A stretch of 64,000 nt of DNA, from positions 85,004,001 through 85,068,000 of the forward strand of contig NW_024704742.1 of the NCBI RefSeq assembly GCF_018977255.1. Direction: 5' to 3'. The notes below the pieces were generated by a model, which saw only the letters and a program-made list of their open reading frames with translations, had not been told where the DNA came from and made no database searches. Positions 53,906 to 64,000 of the stretch are shown here, piece after piece. The translations under genes and the position numbers were made by a program. Position 1 is the first letter of the stretch; the number at the start of each line of letters is the position of its first letter. Source of the DNA: Callorhinchus milii. Its lineage: Eukaryota.

Positions 53906-54290
53906 TCATACGCCTAATAATAATCCCTCCAAACAAACAAAAAAAACAATAATAAATTGGTCATTTTCAATCCACGACTGTTTGTGGGACATTGCTGTGC
54001 GCAATTGGCTGCCGCGTTCGCCCACAAATATAGAGTCAATTCACTTTACAGTGTGTTCTGTGAAGCGCTTTGGGACGTCCTCCCGACGTGAAAAGCGCTA
54101 TATCAAATGCAAGGATTATTTTTATTATTAATGCATGACTGCTTGTGGAACACTGCTGTGCGCAATTGTCTGCCACGTTTCGCCCAGAAGTATACGGTCA
54201 ATTCACTTTACAGCATATTCTGTGAAGCGCTTTGAGACATCTAGAAGACGTGAAAAGTGCTATATCAAATGCAAGGAATATTATTATTAT
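53906..54290 (+). mobile_element. two tandem 5'-truncated SINE 3' halves
   Basis: body+tail at ~53906-54130 and again at ~54135-54290. Confidence 0.9.
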
Positions 54291-55702
54291 ATATCATCAC
54301 ATGAAAGCTGGCTCTTGTGTGGATAGCACCTGATAAGCTGTCTCCTAAGCTGAGCAAATTATAGTTCAACCATATATCTTTTGAATTGTTTTCTCCACAG
54401 TGAGGATGAGAATGTAAAATCTTTCCATCATCATATCCCTGAAGCAATCACCTCACGTAAACTAATACACCTGCAGAATCATTATTGTTATAAAAGAACA
54501 TCAACAAAGTGTAACCTGCGGAATTGTTACTACACCTGTAGAATTGTTATTAAAGTTGATTTGTTATAGAGAACATTGTTAACACAAACATAAATTTGTT
54601 ATGAAAAACATATTTAACAAACTTCAGCTGTAATAAACACATCTTGACATTTTTCTAGTCCACGTCATCGTTTTTAGCCATTAATCAAAACGATGTCTAT
54701 TCAACATAAGCATTTTTAACCATTGATTCAGATCATGTTTTCGACTACAAGGGTTAACATATCTTCACAATTTTATTTATGAAGCGGGATCACAACAGTG
54801 GGGAGGGGGTTGAAGCAGCAGGTGGTGGGCTTCATATGGGTGCTGTTGTGGAACGGGAGGAGGGAGAGATGGGGGTAAAGGAGTTTAGGGCAGACTGAGA
54901 CAATCTGAGCAGGGAAGAGGGAGGTGGGATGTGGCTAAAGGTGCAGTCAAAGAGATAAATCTTTAGATGGATTTTGAAAGGAGGGAGGTGGTGGAGAGAT
55001 ATATGAAGTAGGCTACAGTTGGCAGAGTAGAAGAAGTGATGGGGGAGGGGGGGGGGGTAGAATCACACAGAATCACAGAAATATAAATTTATACCAAAAT
55101 AGTAAAATGTACAAACTGCCTAATGTTTTCAGTGACAACTTTACTACCTACATGTTTATTTGCTTTGTGAAGATGCAGGCATCACTTTCTGTTCAAGGTT
55201 AAATATTTGCAGATGGAAATGAACATCATTTATTGGATCTTTTTGTAAATAACCGTGACATCAGTTGTCTCATCAGTTGTGAAATCACTTTCAGCGAGAT
55301 CAAAGTATGTTGCCGTGTTTTGGGATGCTTTCCAAATGTGTTCTTCCACGTAATTCTGTATGAATTGGTGAGAATTTCACTTCCAGCACTCATTCTCAGT
55401 AAATAGCTTGCTGATTTCTTTGGGTTTAAACCCTAGTGGGTGGGGAATAATATAATAATAATCCTTGCATTTGATACAGCGCCTTATCATGTCATTGAGA
55501 CGTCTCAAAGTGCTTCACAGAATATACTGTAAACTGAATAAATTGTATTTTGTGGGCGAAACCCGGGGGTAGGGGAATTATTTATAAGATAACAGTTTAT
55601 CAAGATTAGTAAACTTAATGTGTGTTACCCACAGTCGATCTATTTGTTTTCACCCACATTGAGGGAAAGGCAATCCCATCAACTATTAAGGAAAACTTTC
55701 TT

Positions 55703-55852
55703 TAAGAACATAAGAAATAGGAACAGGAATAGGCCCTTCGAGCCTGTCCCGCCATTTAATAAGATCGTGGCTGATCTTCTAACCTCATTCCATTTACCTG
55801 CCCTATCCCCATATCCTTTAATCCCTTTAGTTTTTAAAAATCTATCAATCTC
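55703..55852 (-). mobile_element. CR1 3' end fragment
   Basis: taagaacataagaaataggaacagga... similar to 26286-26440. Confidence 0.8.
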
Positions 55853-56375
55853 AGGGAGAGATGGGGACAAAGGAAGAGAGCTCCGGTGCACGTTATTCAG
55901 GGAAGAGAGCTCTGGTGTACGTTAGCTGAGACTTAGCTGAGTGGATGACAGAACACATGTAGAAAAATAACTTTTATTTTGTCTCGCATTTCACCCACTA
56001 TAGCGTGATAAGTTTATCTCTCCCCTCCCCAACCACCCCCAGTGACACAACCACTAAAATACTGCACAGTAAAACCGTGTTCCTAGAACCTGTACCTCAA
56101 CAACATCAAACAACAAACTGCATTTATACAGCAGTTTGCAGTCAAAGAGACACAAAGTTACACACAAATTTATATTTATATAGCGCCTTTCATGTCAGTT
56201 TTCATCAACCATTTATCTCATCCAGCCTTGAACTCTGCTGACCAACAATGGACCTTCAGCCTGATCAGCAAGTTTGTTTATAACCAAAGGTTCCTCTGTA
56301 GGTATCCAATTTGTTATATATTTACTGAGAAAACCAAAACAAGTATGAATTTAGAACTTTTGAAAGAAACATTTA

Positions 56376-56575
56376 TAATAAGAAGAATCCTTGCATTTGA
56401 TAAAGCGCCTTATCAAGTCTTCAAGATTCTCAAAGCTCTTCACAGAATATACTGTAAAGTGAATTGACTGTATATTTGTGGGCGAAACGTGGCAGCCAAT
56501 TGTGCACAGCAGTGTCCCACAAACAGTCGTGGATTGAGTGACCAAATTATTATTGTTTTTTTTAAAAGATTATTA
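56376..56575 (-). mobile_element. SINE 3' half (further partial copies at ~17100-17275 +, ~41270-41430 +, ~55447-55561 -)
   Basis: same body and tail. Confidence 0.85.
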
Positions 56576-57103
56576 TTTCTGTAGGCTTTACATTCATATT
56601 AAATGGGGTTAAAATACGCAAGTGAGTAATTCAACCTCCATAAGATAAAGCTTTAGGTAACTATATTGTGATTTTTTTGATTGTACTGTAATGCATTATT
56701 TGCTTTTCTGTTTGATTAAAATAAGGTTTATATGATAAAACCTAAAAGGTATGTATATACATCATTTTTTTTAAAAAAAACTATGAAAACAAGAAATTCT
56801 GTATTGATCTATTTACTTGTAGGAATGTTTCCCTTATATATCATTCCGACGAAAGTCATAGCTCTGCTTCAAAGCCCTCTATCCAGAAGAGGGCGAACTA
56901 TTCCCACTTTAGTAAAACATTTGAAAGTGACTTCCTATTACAAAACTGTGTTAAACCAAGTTGGTGTACAGAGGATAACGTGATGAGCCCCGAATTAGGT
57001 GAAGTATTGCAATAGTATAAGTTATATTAAGGAAGTTTAATATTTCCACTTTGTGTTGCAAACCATATTTAAGCATCTTCTTGTGTTTGAGAAAGAAACA
57101 ATG

Positions 57104-57155
57104 AGTGTGTGTGTGTGTGTGTGAGTGTGTGTGTGTGTGTGGGGGGGGGGGGGGG
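57104..57155. repeat. (GT)n microsatellite followed by poly-G
   Basis: seen directly. Confidence 0.95.
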
Positions 57156-57199
57156 CTCTTGTTGATGTGTCCGTGACATTGCACTGAGCACCAGCTGTG

Positions 57200-57950
57200 G
57201 CTGCTGGCAGTGAGGACACTGCCCAGATGTGGACGAGTGCGCGCAGGCGCAGAGAGAGACGGACGCTGTCGGATGAAGTCCCGCTTCCTCACCCTCTCAG
57301 GTGCCGGGTGAGGTGCGCAGGCGCGGAAGGTGTACGTGTGCGAGCGGGACGGACACAAAGAGACACAGAGGAAGGGGGCGCTATTTGCTGCCGCACCGCC
57401 CCCCCCCCCCTCGCGAGCGGTGAAGCTGACTTCCGGTGTTGATACGAACGCTCTGTGCGGTCCGTCCGGCTGCGTCTTCAGTTCCGCTCAGGAGAATAAC
57501 GCGAAGGCTCCAAGACACCGAGCGAGCGATTGGCCGCCGGAGCGAGCGGGCGGGCGGGCGGGTGGCCGGCCAGGCAGCGTCAGAGCCCGCGGTACCGACC
57601 GACCGACCGACATACACCAGCGGCTCCCGGACACGGCGGCCGGGCCGGGCCGGACCGGGGGTCAGCCAGTCCGGAGCGGGGATTATAAAGACGGAGTGAG
57701 GGCGGCGCAGCGCGTTCCCATGGAGGAGCAGGTGGGTGTGGGTTTCTTCACCAGCTGTCTCCCGGGGGGTGGCCGGGCCGGGCTGGGCCGGGCTGGGCTG
57801 GGCTGGGCCGGGTTGGGGGCTCTGGCTGTTGGCGCACCCGCGCCCTCTCTCTGATCTCCGTGTGTGTGTGTGTGTGTGTGTGGGGTGTGATTGCGCGGAG
57901 TCTGCGCACTGTCGCCGCCGCCTGTCTGCTCGAGCGCCGACCGTTACCCC
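57200..57950 (+). promoter_or_regulatory. second CpG-island promoter (housekeeping type) of a downstream + strand gene
   Basis: very high CpG density; NRF1-like GCGCAGGCGC at 57241 and 57315; ETS/GABP ACTTCCGG at 57429-57436; CTCGCGAG palindrome at 57410-57417. Confidence 0.85.
57440..57731 (+). other. probable first exon of the downstream gene (5' end approximate); ends ATG GAG GAG CAG|gtgggt
   Basis: strong donor CAG|GTGGGT at 57731/57732 followed by GGG-rich intronic tract; gene identity cannot be read from 4 codons (human synteny would suggest KIAA1958). Confidence 0.55.
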
Positions 57951-58003
57951 CCGCGAGACAATGAGACACAATAAGGGTGACAGCGCTCAGCTCAGTGTGT
58001 GCC

Positions 58004-61000
58004 AGTGAGAGGGTACCCACTGTACACAGTGTGTGAGAGGGTACCCACAGTGTGTGAGAGGGTACCCACAGTGTGTGAGAGGGTACCCACAGTGTGTGAG
58101 AGGGTACCCACAGTACACAGTGTGTGAGAGGGTACCCACTGTACACAGTGTGTGAGAGGGTACCCACAGTACACAGTGTGTGAGAGGGTACCCACAGTAC
58201 ACAGTGTGTGTGAGAGTACCCACAGCACACAGTGTGTGAGAGGGTACCCACTGTACACAGTGTGTGAGAGGGTACCCACAGTACACAGTGTGTGTGAGAG
58301 TACCCACAGCACACAGTGTGTGAGAGGGTACCCACAGTACACAGTGTGTGAGAGTACCCACAGTACACAGTGTGTGTGAGAGTACCCACAGTACACAGTG
58401 TGTGAGAGGGTACCCACAGTACACAGTGTGTGAGAGGGTACCCACAGTACACAGTGTGTGAGAGGGTACCCACAGCACACAGTGTGTGAGAGGGTACCCA
58501 CAGCACACAGTGTGTGAGAGGGTACCCACAGCACACAGTGTGTGAGAGGGTACCCACAGCACACAGTGTGTGAGAGGGTACCCACAGTACACAGTGTGAG
58601 AGGGTACCCACAGTACACAGTGTGTGAGAGTACCCACAGCACACAGTGTGTGAGAGGGTACCCACTGTACACAGTGTGTGAGAGGGTACCCACAGCACAC
58701 AGTGTGTTAGAGGGTACCCACAGCACACAGTGTGTGAGAGGGTACCCACAGTACACAGTGTGTGAGAGTACCCACAGCACACAGTGTGTGAGAGGGTACC
58801 CACAGCACACAGTGTGTGAGAGGGTACCCACAGCACACAGTGTGTGAGAGGGTACCCACAGCACACAGTGTGTGAGAGGGTACCCACAGCACACAGTGTG
58901 TGAGAGTACCCACAGCACACAGTGTGTGAGAGTACCCACAGCACACAGTGTGTGAGAGGGTACCCACTGTACACAGTGTGTGAGAGGGTACCCACAGCAC
59001 ACAGTGTGTGAGAGGGTACCCACAGTACACAGTGTGTGAGAGGGTACCCACAGTACACAGTGTGTGAGAGGGTACCCACAGTACACAGTGTGTGAGAGGG
59101 TACCCACAGCACACAGTGTGTGAGAGGGTACCCACAGCACACAGTGTGTGAGAGGGTACCCACAGCACACAGTGTGTGAGAGGGTACCCACAGTACACAG
59201 TGTGTGAGAGGGTACCCACAGTACACAGTGTGTGAGAGTACCCACAGTACACAGTGTGTGAGAGTACCCACTGTACACAGTGTGTGAGAGGGTACCCACA
59301 GTACACAGTGTGTGAGAGTACCCACAGTACACAGTGTGTGAGAGGGTACCCACAGTACACAGTGTGTGAGAGGGTACCCACTGTACACAGTGTGTGAGAG
59401 GGTACCCACTGTACACAGTGTGTGAGAGGGTACCCACAGTACACAGTGTGTGAGAGTACCCACAGTACACAGTGTGTGAGAGGGTACCCACAGTACACAG
59501 TGTGTGAGAGGGTACCCACAGTACACAGTGTGTGTGAGAGTACCCACAGTACACAGTGTGTGAGAGTACCCACAGTACACAGTGTGTGTGAGCGTACCCA
59601 CAGTACACAGTGTGTGTGAGAGTACCCACAGTACACAGTGTGTGAGAGAGTCCCCACAGTACACAGTGTGTGTGAGAGAGTCCCCACAGTGTGTGTGAGA
59701 GAGTCCCCACAGTGTGTGTGAGAGAGTCCCCACAGTGTGTGTGAGAGAGTCCCCACAGTGTGTGTGAGAGAGTCCCCACAGTGTGTGAGAGAGAGTCCCC
59801 ACAGTGTGTGAGAGAGAGTCCCCACAGTGTGTGTGAGAGAGAGAGAGTCCCCACAGTGTGTGTGTGAGAGAGAGTCCCCACAGTGTGTGTGTGTGTGAGA
59901 GAGTCCCCACAGTGTGTGTGTGAGAGAGAGAGTCCCCACAGTGTGTGTGTGAGAGAGAGAGTCAGTGTGTGTGTGAGAGAGAGAGTCCCCACAGTGTGTG
60001 TGTGAGAGAGAGTCCCCACAGTGTGTGTGTGTGAGAGAGAGAGTCCCCACAGTGTGTGTGAGAGAGAGTCCCCACAGTGTGTGTGTGAGAGAGAGTCCCC
60101 ACAGTGTGTGTGTGAGAGAGAGTCCCCACAATGTGTGTGTGTGAGAGAGAGTCCCCACAGTGTGTGTGTGAGAGAGAGTCCCCACAGTGTGTGTGTGTGT
60201 GAGAGAGAGTCCCCACAGTGTGTGTGTGTGAGAGAGAGTCCCCACAGTGTGTGAATGTGAGGATACCCACAGTACGCAGTGCGTGAATGTGAGAGTCCCC
60301 GCAGTACACAGCGTGAGAGAGAGTCCCCGCAGTACACAGCGTGAGAGAGAGTCCCCACAGTACACAGCGTGAGAGAGAGTCCCCGCAGTACACAGCGTGT
60401 GAGAGAGAGTCCCCGCAGTACACAGCGTGTGAGAGAGAGTCCCCGCAGTACACAGCGTGTGAGAGAGAGTCCCCGCAGTACACAGCGTGTGAGAGAGAGT
60501 CCCCGCAGTACACAGCGTGTGAGAGAGAGTCCCCGCAGTACACAGCGTGAATGTGAGAGTCCCCGCAGTACACAGCGTGAGAGAGAGTCCCCGCAGTACA
60601 CAGCGTGAGAGAGAGTCCCCACAGTACACAGCGTGAGAGAGAGTCCCCGCAGTACACAGCGTGTGAGAGAGAGTCCCCGCAGTACACAGCGTGTGAGAGA
60701 GAGTCCCCGCAGTACACAGCGTGTGAGAGAGAGTCCCCGCAGTACACAGCGTGTGAGAGAGAGTCCCCGCAGTACACAGCGTGTGAGAGAGAGTCCCCGC
60801 AGTACACAGCGTGTGAGAGAGAGTCCCCGCAGTACACAGCGTGTGAGAGAGAGTCCCGCAGTACACAGCGTGTGAGAGAGAGTCCCCGCAGTACACAGCG
60901 TGTGAGAGAGAGTCCCCGCAGTACACAGCGTGTGAGAGAGAGTCCCCGCAGTACACAGCGTGTGAGAGAGAGTCCCCGCAGTACACAGCGTGTGAGAGAG

Positions 61001-61765
61001 AGTCCCCGCAGTACACAGCGTGTGAGAGAGAGTCCCCGCAGTACACAGCGTGTGAGAGAGAGTCCCGCAGTACACAGCGTGTGAGAGAGAGCCCCGCAGT
61101 ACACAGCATGAGAGAGAGTCCCCGCAGTACACAGCGTGTGAGAGAGAGTCCCCGCAGTACACAGCGTGTGAGAGAGAGTCCCCGCAGTACACAGCGTGTG
61201 AGAGAGAGTCCCCGCAGTACACAGCGTGTGAGAGAGAGTCCCCGCAGTACACAGCGTGTGAGAGAGAGTCCCCGCAGTACACAGCGTGTGAGAGAGAGTC
61301 CCGCAGTACACAGCGTGTGAGAGAGAGCCCCGCAGTACACAGCGTGAGAGAGAGTCCCCGCAGTACACAGCGTGTGAGAGAGAGTCCCCGCAGTACACAG
61401 CGTGTGAGAGAGAGCCCCGCAGTACACAGCGTGTGAGAGAGTCCCCACAGTACACAGCGTGTGAGAGAGAGTCCCCACAGTGTGTGAATGTGAGGGTCCC
61501 CACAGTACACAGCGCGTGCGTGTGAGGGTACCCACAGTGCACAGAGTGTGTGTGTGAGAGAGTTCCCACAGTACACAGTGCGTGTGTGTGAGGGTACCCA
61601 CAGTACATGGGTGAGAGGGTACCCACAGTACGTGTGTGTGAGGGTACCCACAGTACACAGTGCGTGGGTGAGAGGGTACCCACAGTACACAGTGGTGGGT
61701 GAGAGGGTACCCACAGTACACAGTGCGTGCGTGTGAGGGTACCCACAGTACACAGTGTGTGAGAG
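58004..61765. repeat. 3.8-kb composite minisatellite (28-bp GAGAGGGTACCCACAGTACACAGTGTGT, variable (GA)nGTCCCCACA(GT)n, and 30-bp GAGAGAGAGTCCCCGCAGTACACAGCGTGT domains)
   Basis: tandem units read directly; 30-bp periodicity visible as column alignment in 60-nt lines. Confidence 0.98.
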
Positions 61766-62052
61766 CAGCACATAAACACTGTATATGTGCGAGAGAGAGC
61801 AATGCACACGCCCAGTGTGTTTGTGTTTTGCTCTGGGACTCTACCCTGCGTGAGGGGTGCTATATAAATGCAAGTTATTGTTGTTGTGTGTGAGAACAAC
61901 ACACAGATTCAGTGTGAGAGCAACCACAATACATACACAGTGTGAGAGAGCCAACACACAAACCGTGTATGAGAGCAACACACAAATACAGTATGTGTGA
62001 GAGATCAACCACAGTACACAGTGTGGTAGAGAGAGAGCAACCACAATACAAC

Positions 62053-62574
62053 TACAACAACAAAATTGCATTTGTACAGTGCCTTTCACGTCGGGAGGAC
62101 GTCCCAAGGCATTGGACAATGTACAGCATTTCAGACAAAAGCTGAGGTCAGTGGGGGAGAGGGGAGGGGGTGGTCGGCATGGTCAAAGAGGAGGGTCTTG
62201 AGGCGGGACTTGAAGGAGGCTAAGGAGGGGGTGAGGCAGAGTGACTGGGGGATGGAATTCCAGAGGTTGAGGGCAGAGTGGCTGAAGGCTCTCCCGCCAA
62301 TGGTGGGTCAGGGGACATGGAGCAGGCCAGAGCCGGCTTAGCGGAGGGAGCGGGCGGGTTGGTAGGGGGTTAGGAGGTCGCAGAGGTAGGATGGGGCGAG
62401 GCCATGGAGGGCTTTATAGGTGAAGACCAGGATATTGATCTGGATCCTCTGAAGGATAGGGAGCCAATGGAGTCGGGGGAGATGGGGTCACGGAGTTTGG
62501 TGCGGGAGGGGACACGGGCTGCAGAGTTCTGGATTATCTGCAGTCTGTGGAGGGAGGAGTTGGGAAGGCCGACA
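62053..62574 (-). mobile_element. L2 3' fragment in the degenerate satellite
   Basis: GLPNSSLHRLQIIQNSAARV; L2 tail. Confidence 0.92.
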
Positions 62575-63071
62575 CACACAATACACAGTGTGTGTGTGTG
62601 AGAGAGAGAGAGAGCAAACACAATACAGTGTGTGAGAGAGAACAACCACAATCCAGTGTGTGTGAGAGAGAGAGCAAACACAATACAGTGTGTGTGTGAG
62701 AGAGAGAGAGCAACCATAATACAGTGTGTGAGAGAGAGAACAACCACAATCCAGTGTGTGTGAGAGAGAGAGTAACCACAATACACAGTGTGTGAGAGAG
62801 CAACAAACAAGCACAGAGTAACCACAATACACAAACACAGTGTGCGAGAGAGAGCAACCACAGCACACAGTATGAGAGTGAGCAATATACAAAAACAGTG
62901 TGAGAAAGCAGCACAGTGTGAAATCAATACACAGTGAGAGAGAACGCAACCCATGTGAGAGAGCAACTATAACACACAGTTTGTGTGTGAGAGGAAGCCA
63001 CAAACTCAGTTTGTGAAAGCAACTATAACTGTGTTTGTGTATTGCTCGCTCTCATACTGTGTGCTGTGGTT

Positions 63072-63632
63072 GCTCGACTATGCAAACTCACTGCTTGTCG
63101 GCCTCCCCGACTCCTCCCTCCATAGGCTTCAGATCATCCAGAACTCTGCAGCCCGTGTCCTCTCCCGCACTAGGCTCCGGGACCCTATCACCCCCATCCT
63201 CGCCCGACTCCACTGGCTTTCCATTACACAGAGGATACAGTTCAAGATCCTGGTCCTCACTTTCAAAGCCCTCCATGGTCTTGCTCACCCCCTACCTCTT
63301 CAACCTCCTAACCCCCCACCACCCTGTTCGCATCCTCCTCTCAGTAGGATCCAGCATGCTTCGCATCCCCCGCCTTGCTCGCCCCACTATCGGCGGGCGG
63401 GCCTTCTGCCACTCTGCCCCCACCATCTAGAACTCCATCCCCTGTCCCTCTGTCTCGCCCCCTCCCTTGCCACTTTCAAGACCCACCTCAACACCCTCCT
63501 CTTCGACCATGCTTTCGATCTCCCTGCTAACCCCACTGCCCTCCACCCTCCCTCACCCTGATCCTCAGCTCGGGTCCATAACTCTGTCTGTCCAACGCCT
63601 TGGGACATCCGTGAAAGGTGCTATACAAATGT
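63072..63632 (+). mobile_element. L2 3' fragment in the degenerate satellite
   Basis: LDYANSLLVGLP...LHWL...FKIL; L2 tail. Confidence 0.92.
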
Positions 63633-64000
63633 ATGGGAGCAATACACAGAGTGACAGAGAACAACAACACACAAGTGTGAGAGAGCAATGTGCAGAGTGA
63701 CAGAGCAATCACAACACAGAGTGAGAGAGCAACATGTATATCAAATGCAAGCATTATTATTATTTTATTATAGTGTATGTGAGCTACCATAACGCACACC
63801 CACAGTGTGAGACAACCACAACACAGTGAGAGCAACAAGCAGAGTGATAGTGCAATCACACACACACGGAGAGTGAGAGAGTAACCATAATACACACACC
63901 ACAACAGACACAGTGAGAGCAACCACAAAACCAAAACAGAGTGGAAGAGCAAGGCAGAAACACAGTGTGACTAACAATGTGACAGCAACACACAGTGTGA

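Larger units (their letters stand above)
61765..64000. repeat. degenerate continuation of the minisatellite ((GA)nGCAACCACAATACACAG(TG)n) interrupted by L2 fragments
   Basis: recurrent gagagcaaccacaatacacagtgtg units to the window end. Confidence 0.85.

Noticed and set aside
53702..56934. In-frame TGA codons in the minus-strand exon-like segments as selenocysteine
   Set aside because: TAA/TAG stops and phase breaks also occur and no SECIS was identified; decay or chance is simpler
58004..61765. CRISPR-like appearance (28-30 bp repeats with palindromes)
   Set aside because: No unique spacers, no cas genes, vertebrate intronic context
57748..61902. Very long minus-strand ORFs (720, 1271, 1031, 646 aa; Cys/His-rich)
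   Set aside because: All three frames are open because the minisatellite unit has no stop codon on that strand; peptides merely cycle through the same repeat; no splice or start context
63909..63932. CACAGTG followed by ACAAAACC as a functional RSS
   Set aside because: Spacer is 9 nt rather than 12 or 23, the nonamer is imperfect, and no V/D/J segment is adjacent

Overview
Vertebrate genomic DNA, most likely a cartilaginous fish (inferred from the Deu-domain tRNA-SINE, L2, CR1 and Penelope-like repeat set, not proven). The window holds one complete protein-coding gene, HSDL2 (+ strand, 11 coding exons from 913 to 46086, 1257 nt = 418 aa, SDR domain + SCP2 domain + C-terminal PTS1 SRL), with a CpG-island promoter at ~360-620. 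A second CpG-island promoter and first exon of a downstream + strand gene lies at ~57.2-57.9 kb (identity not determinable here; KIAA1958 is the human neighbour). It is followed by a 3.8-kb multi-domain minisatellite that generates the very long spurious ORFs. The rest is intron/intergenic DNA dense in L2, CR1 and SINE copies. I found no convincing new biological system. The most interesting leads are: a possible ATG-terminated upstream exon giving HSDL2 an in-frame 22-aa N-terminal extension; a decayed hammerhead ribozyme in a Penelope-like hairpin; a three-level retrotransposon nest with all target-site duplications (TSDs) visible; a SINE with a near-intact tRNA-Ala cloverleaf; and a weakly supported decayed minus-strand gene between the two genes.
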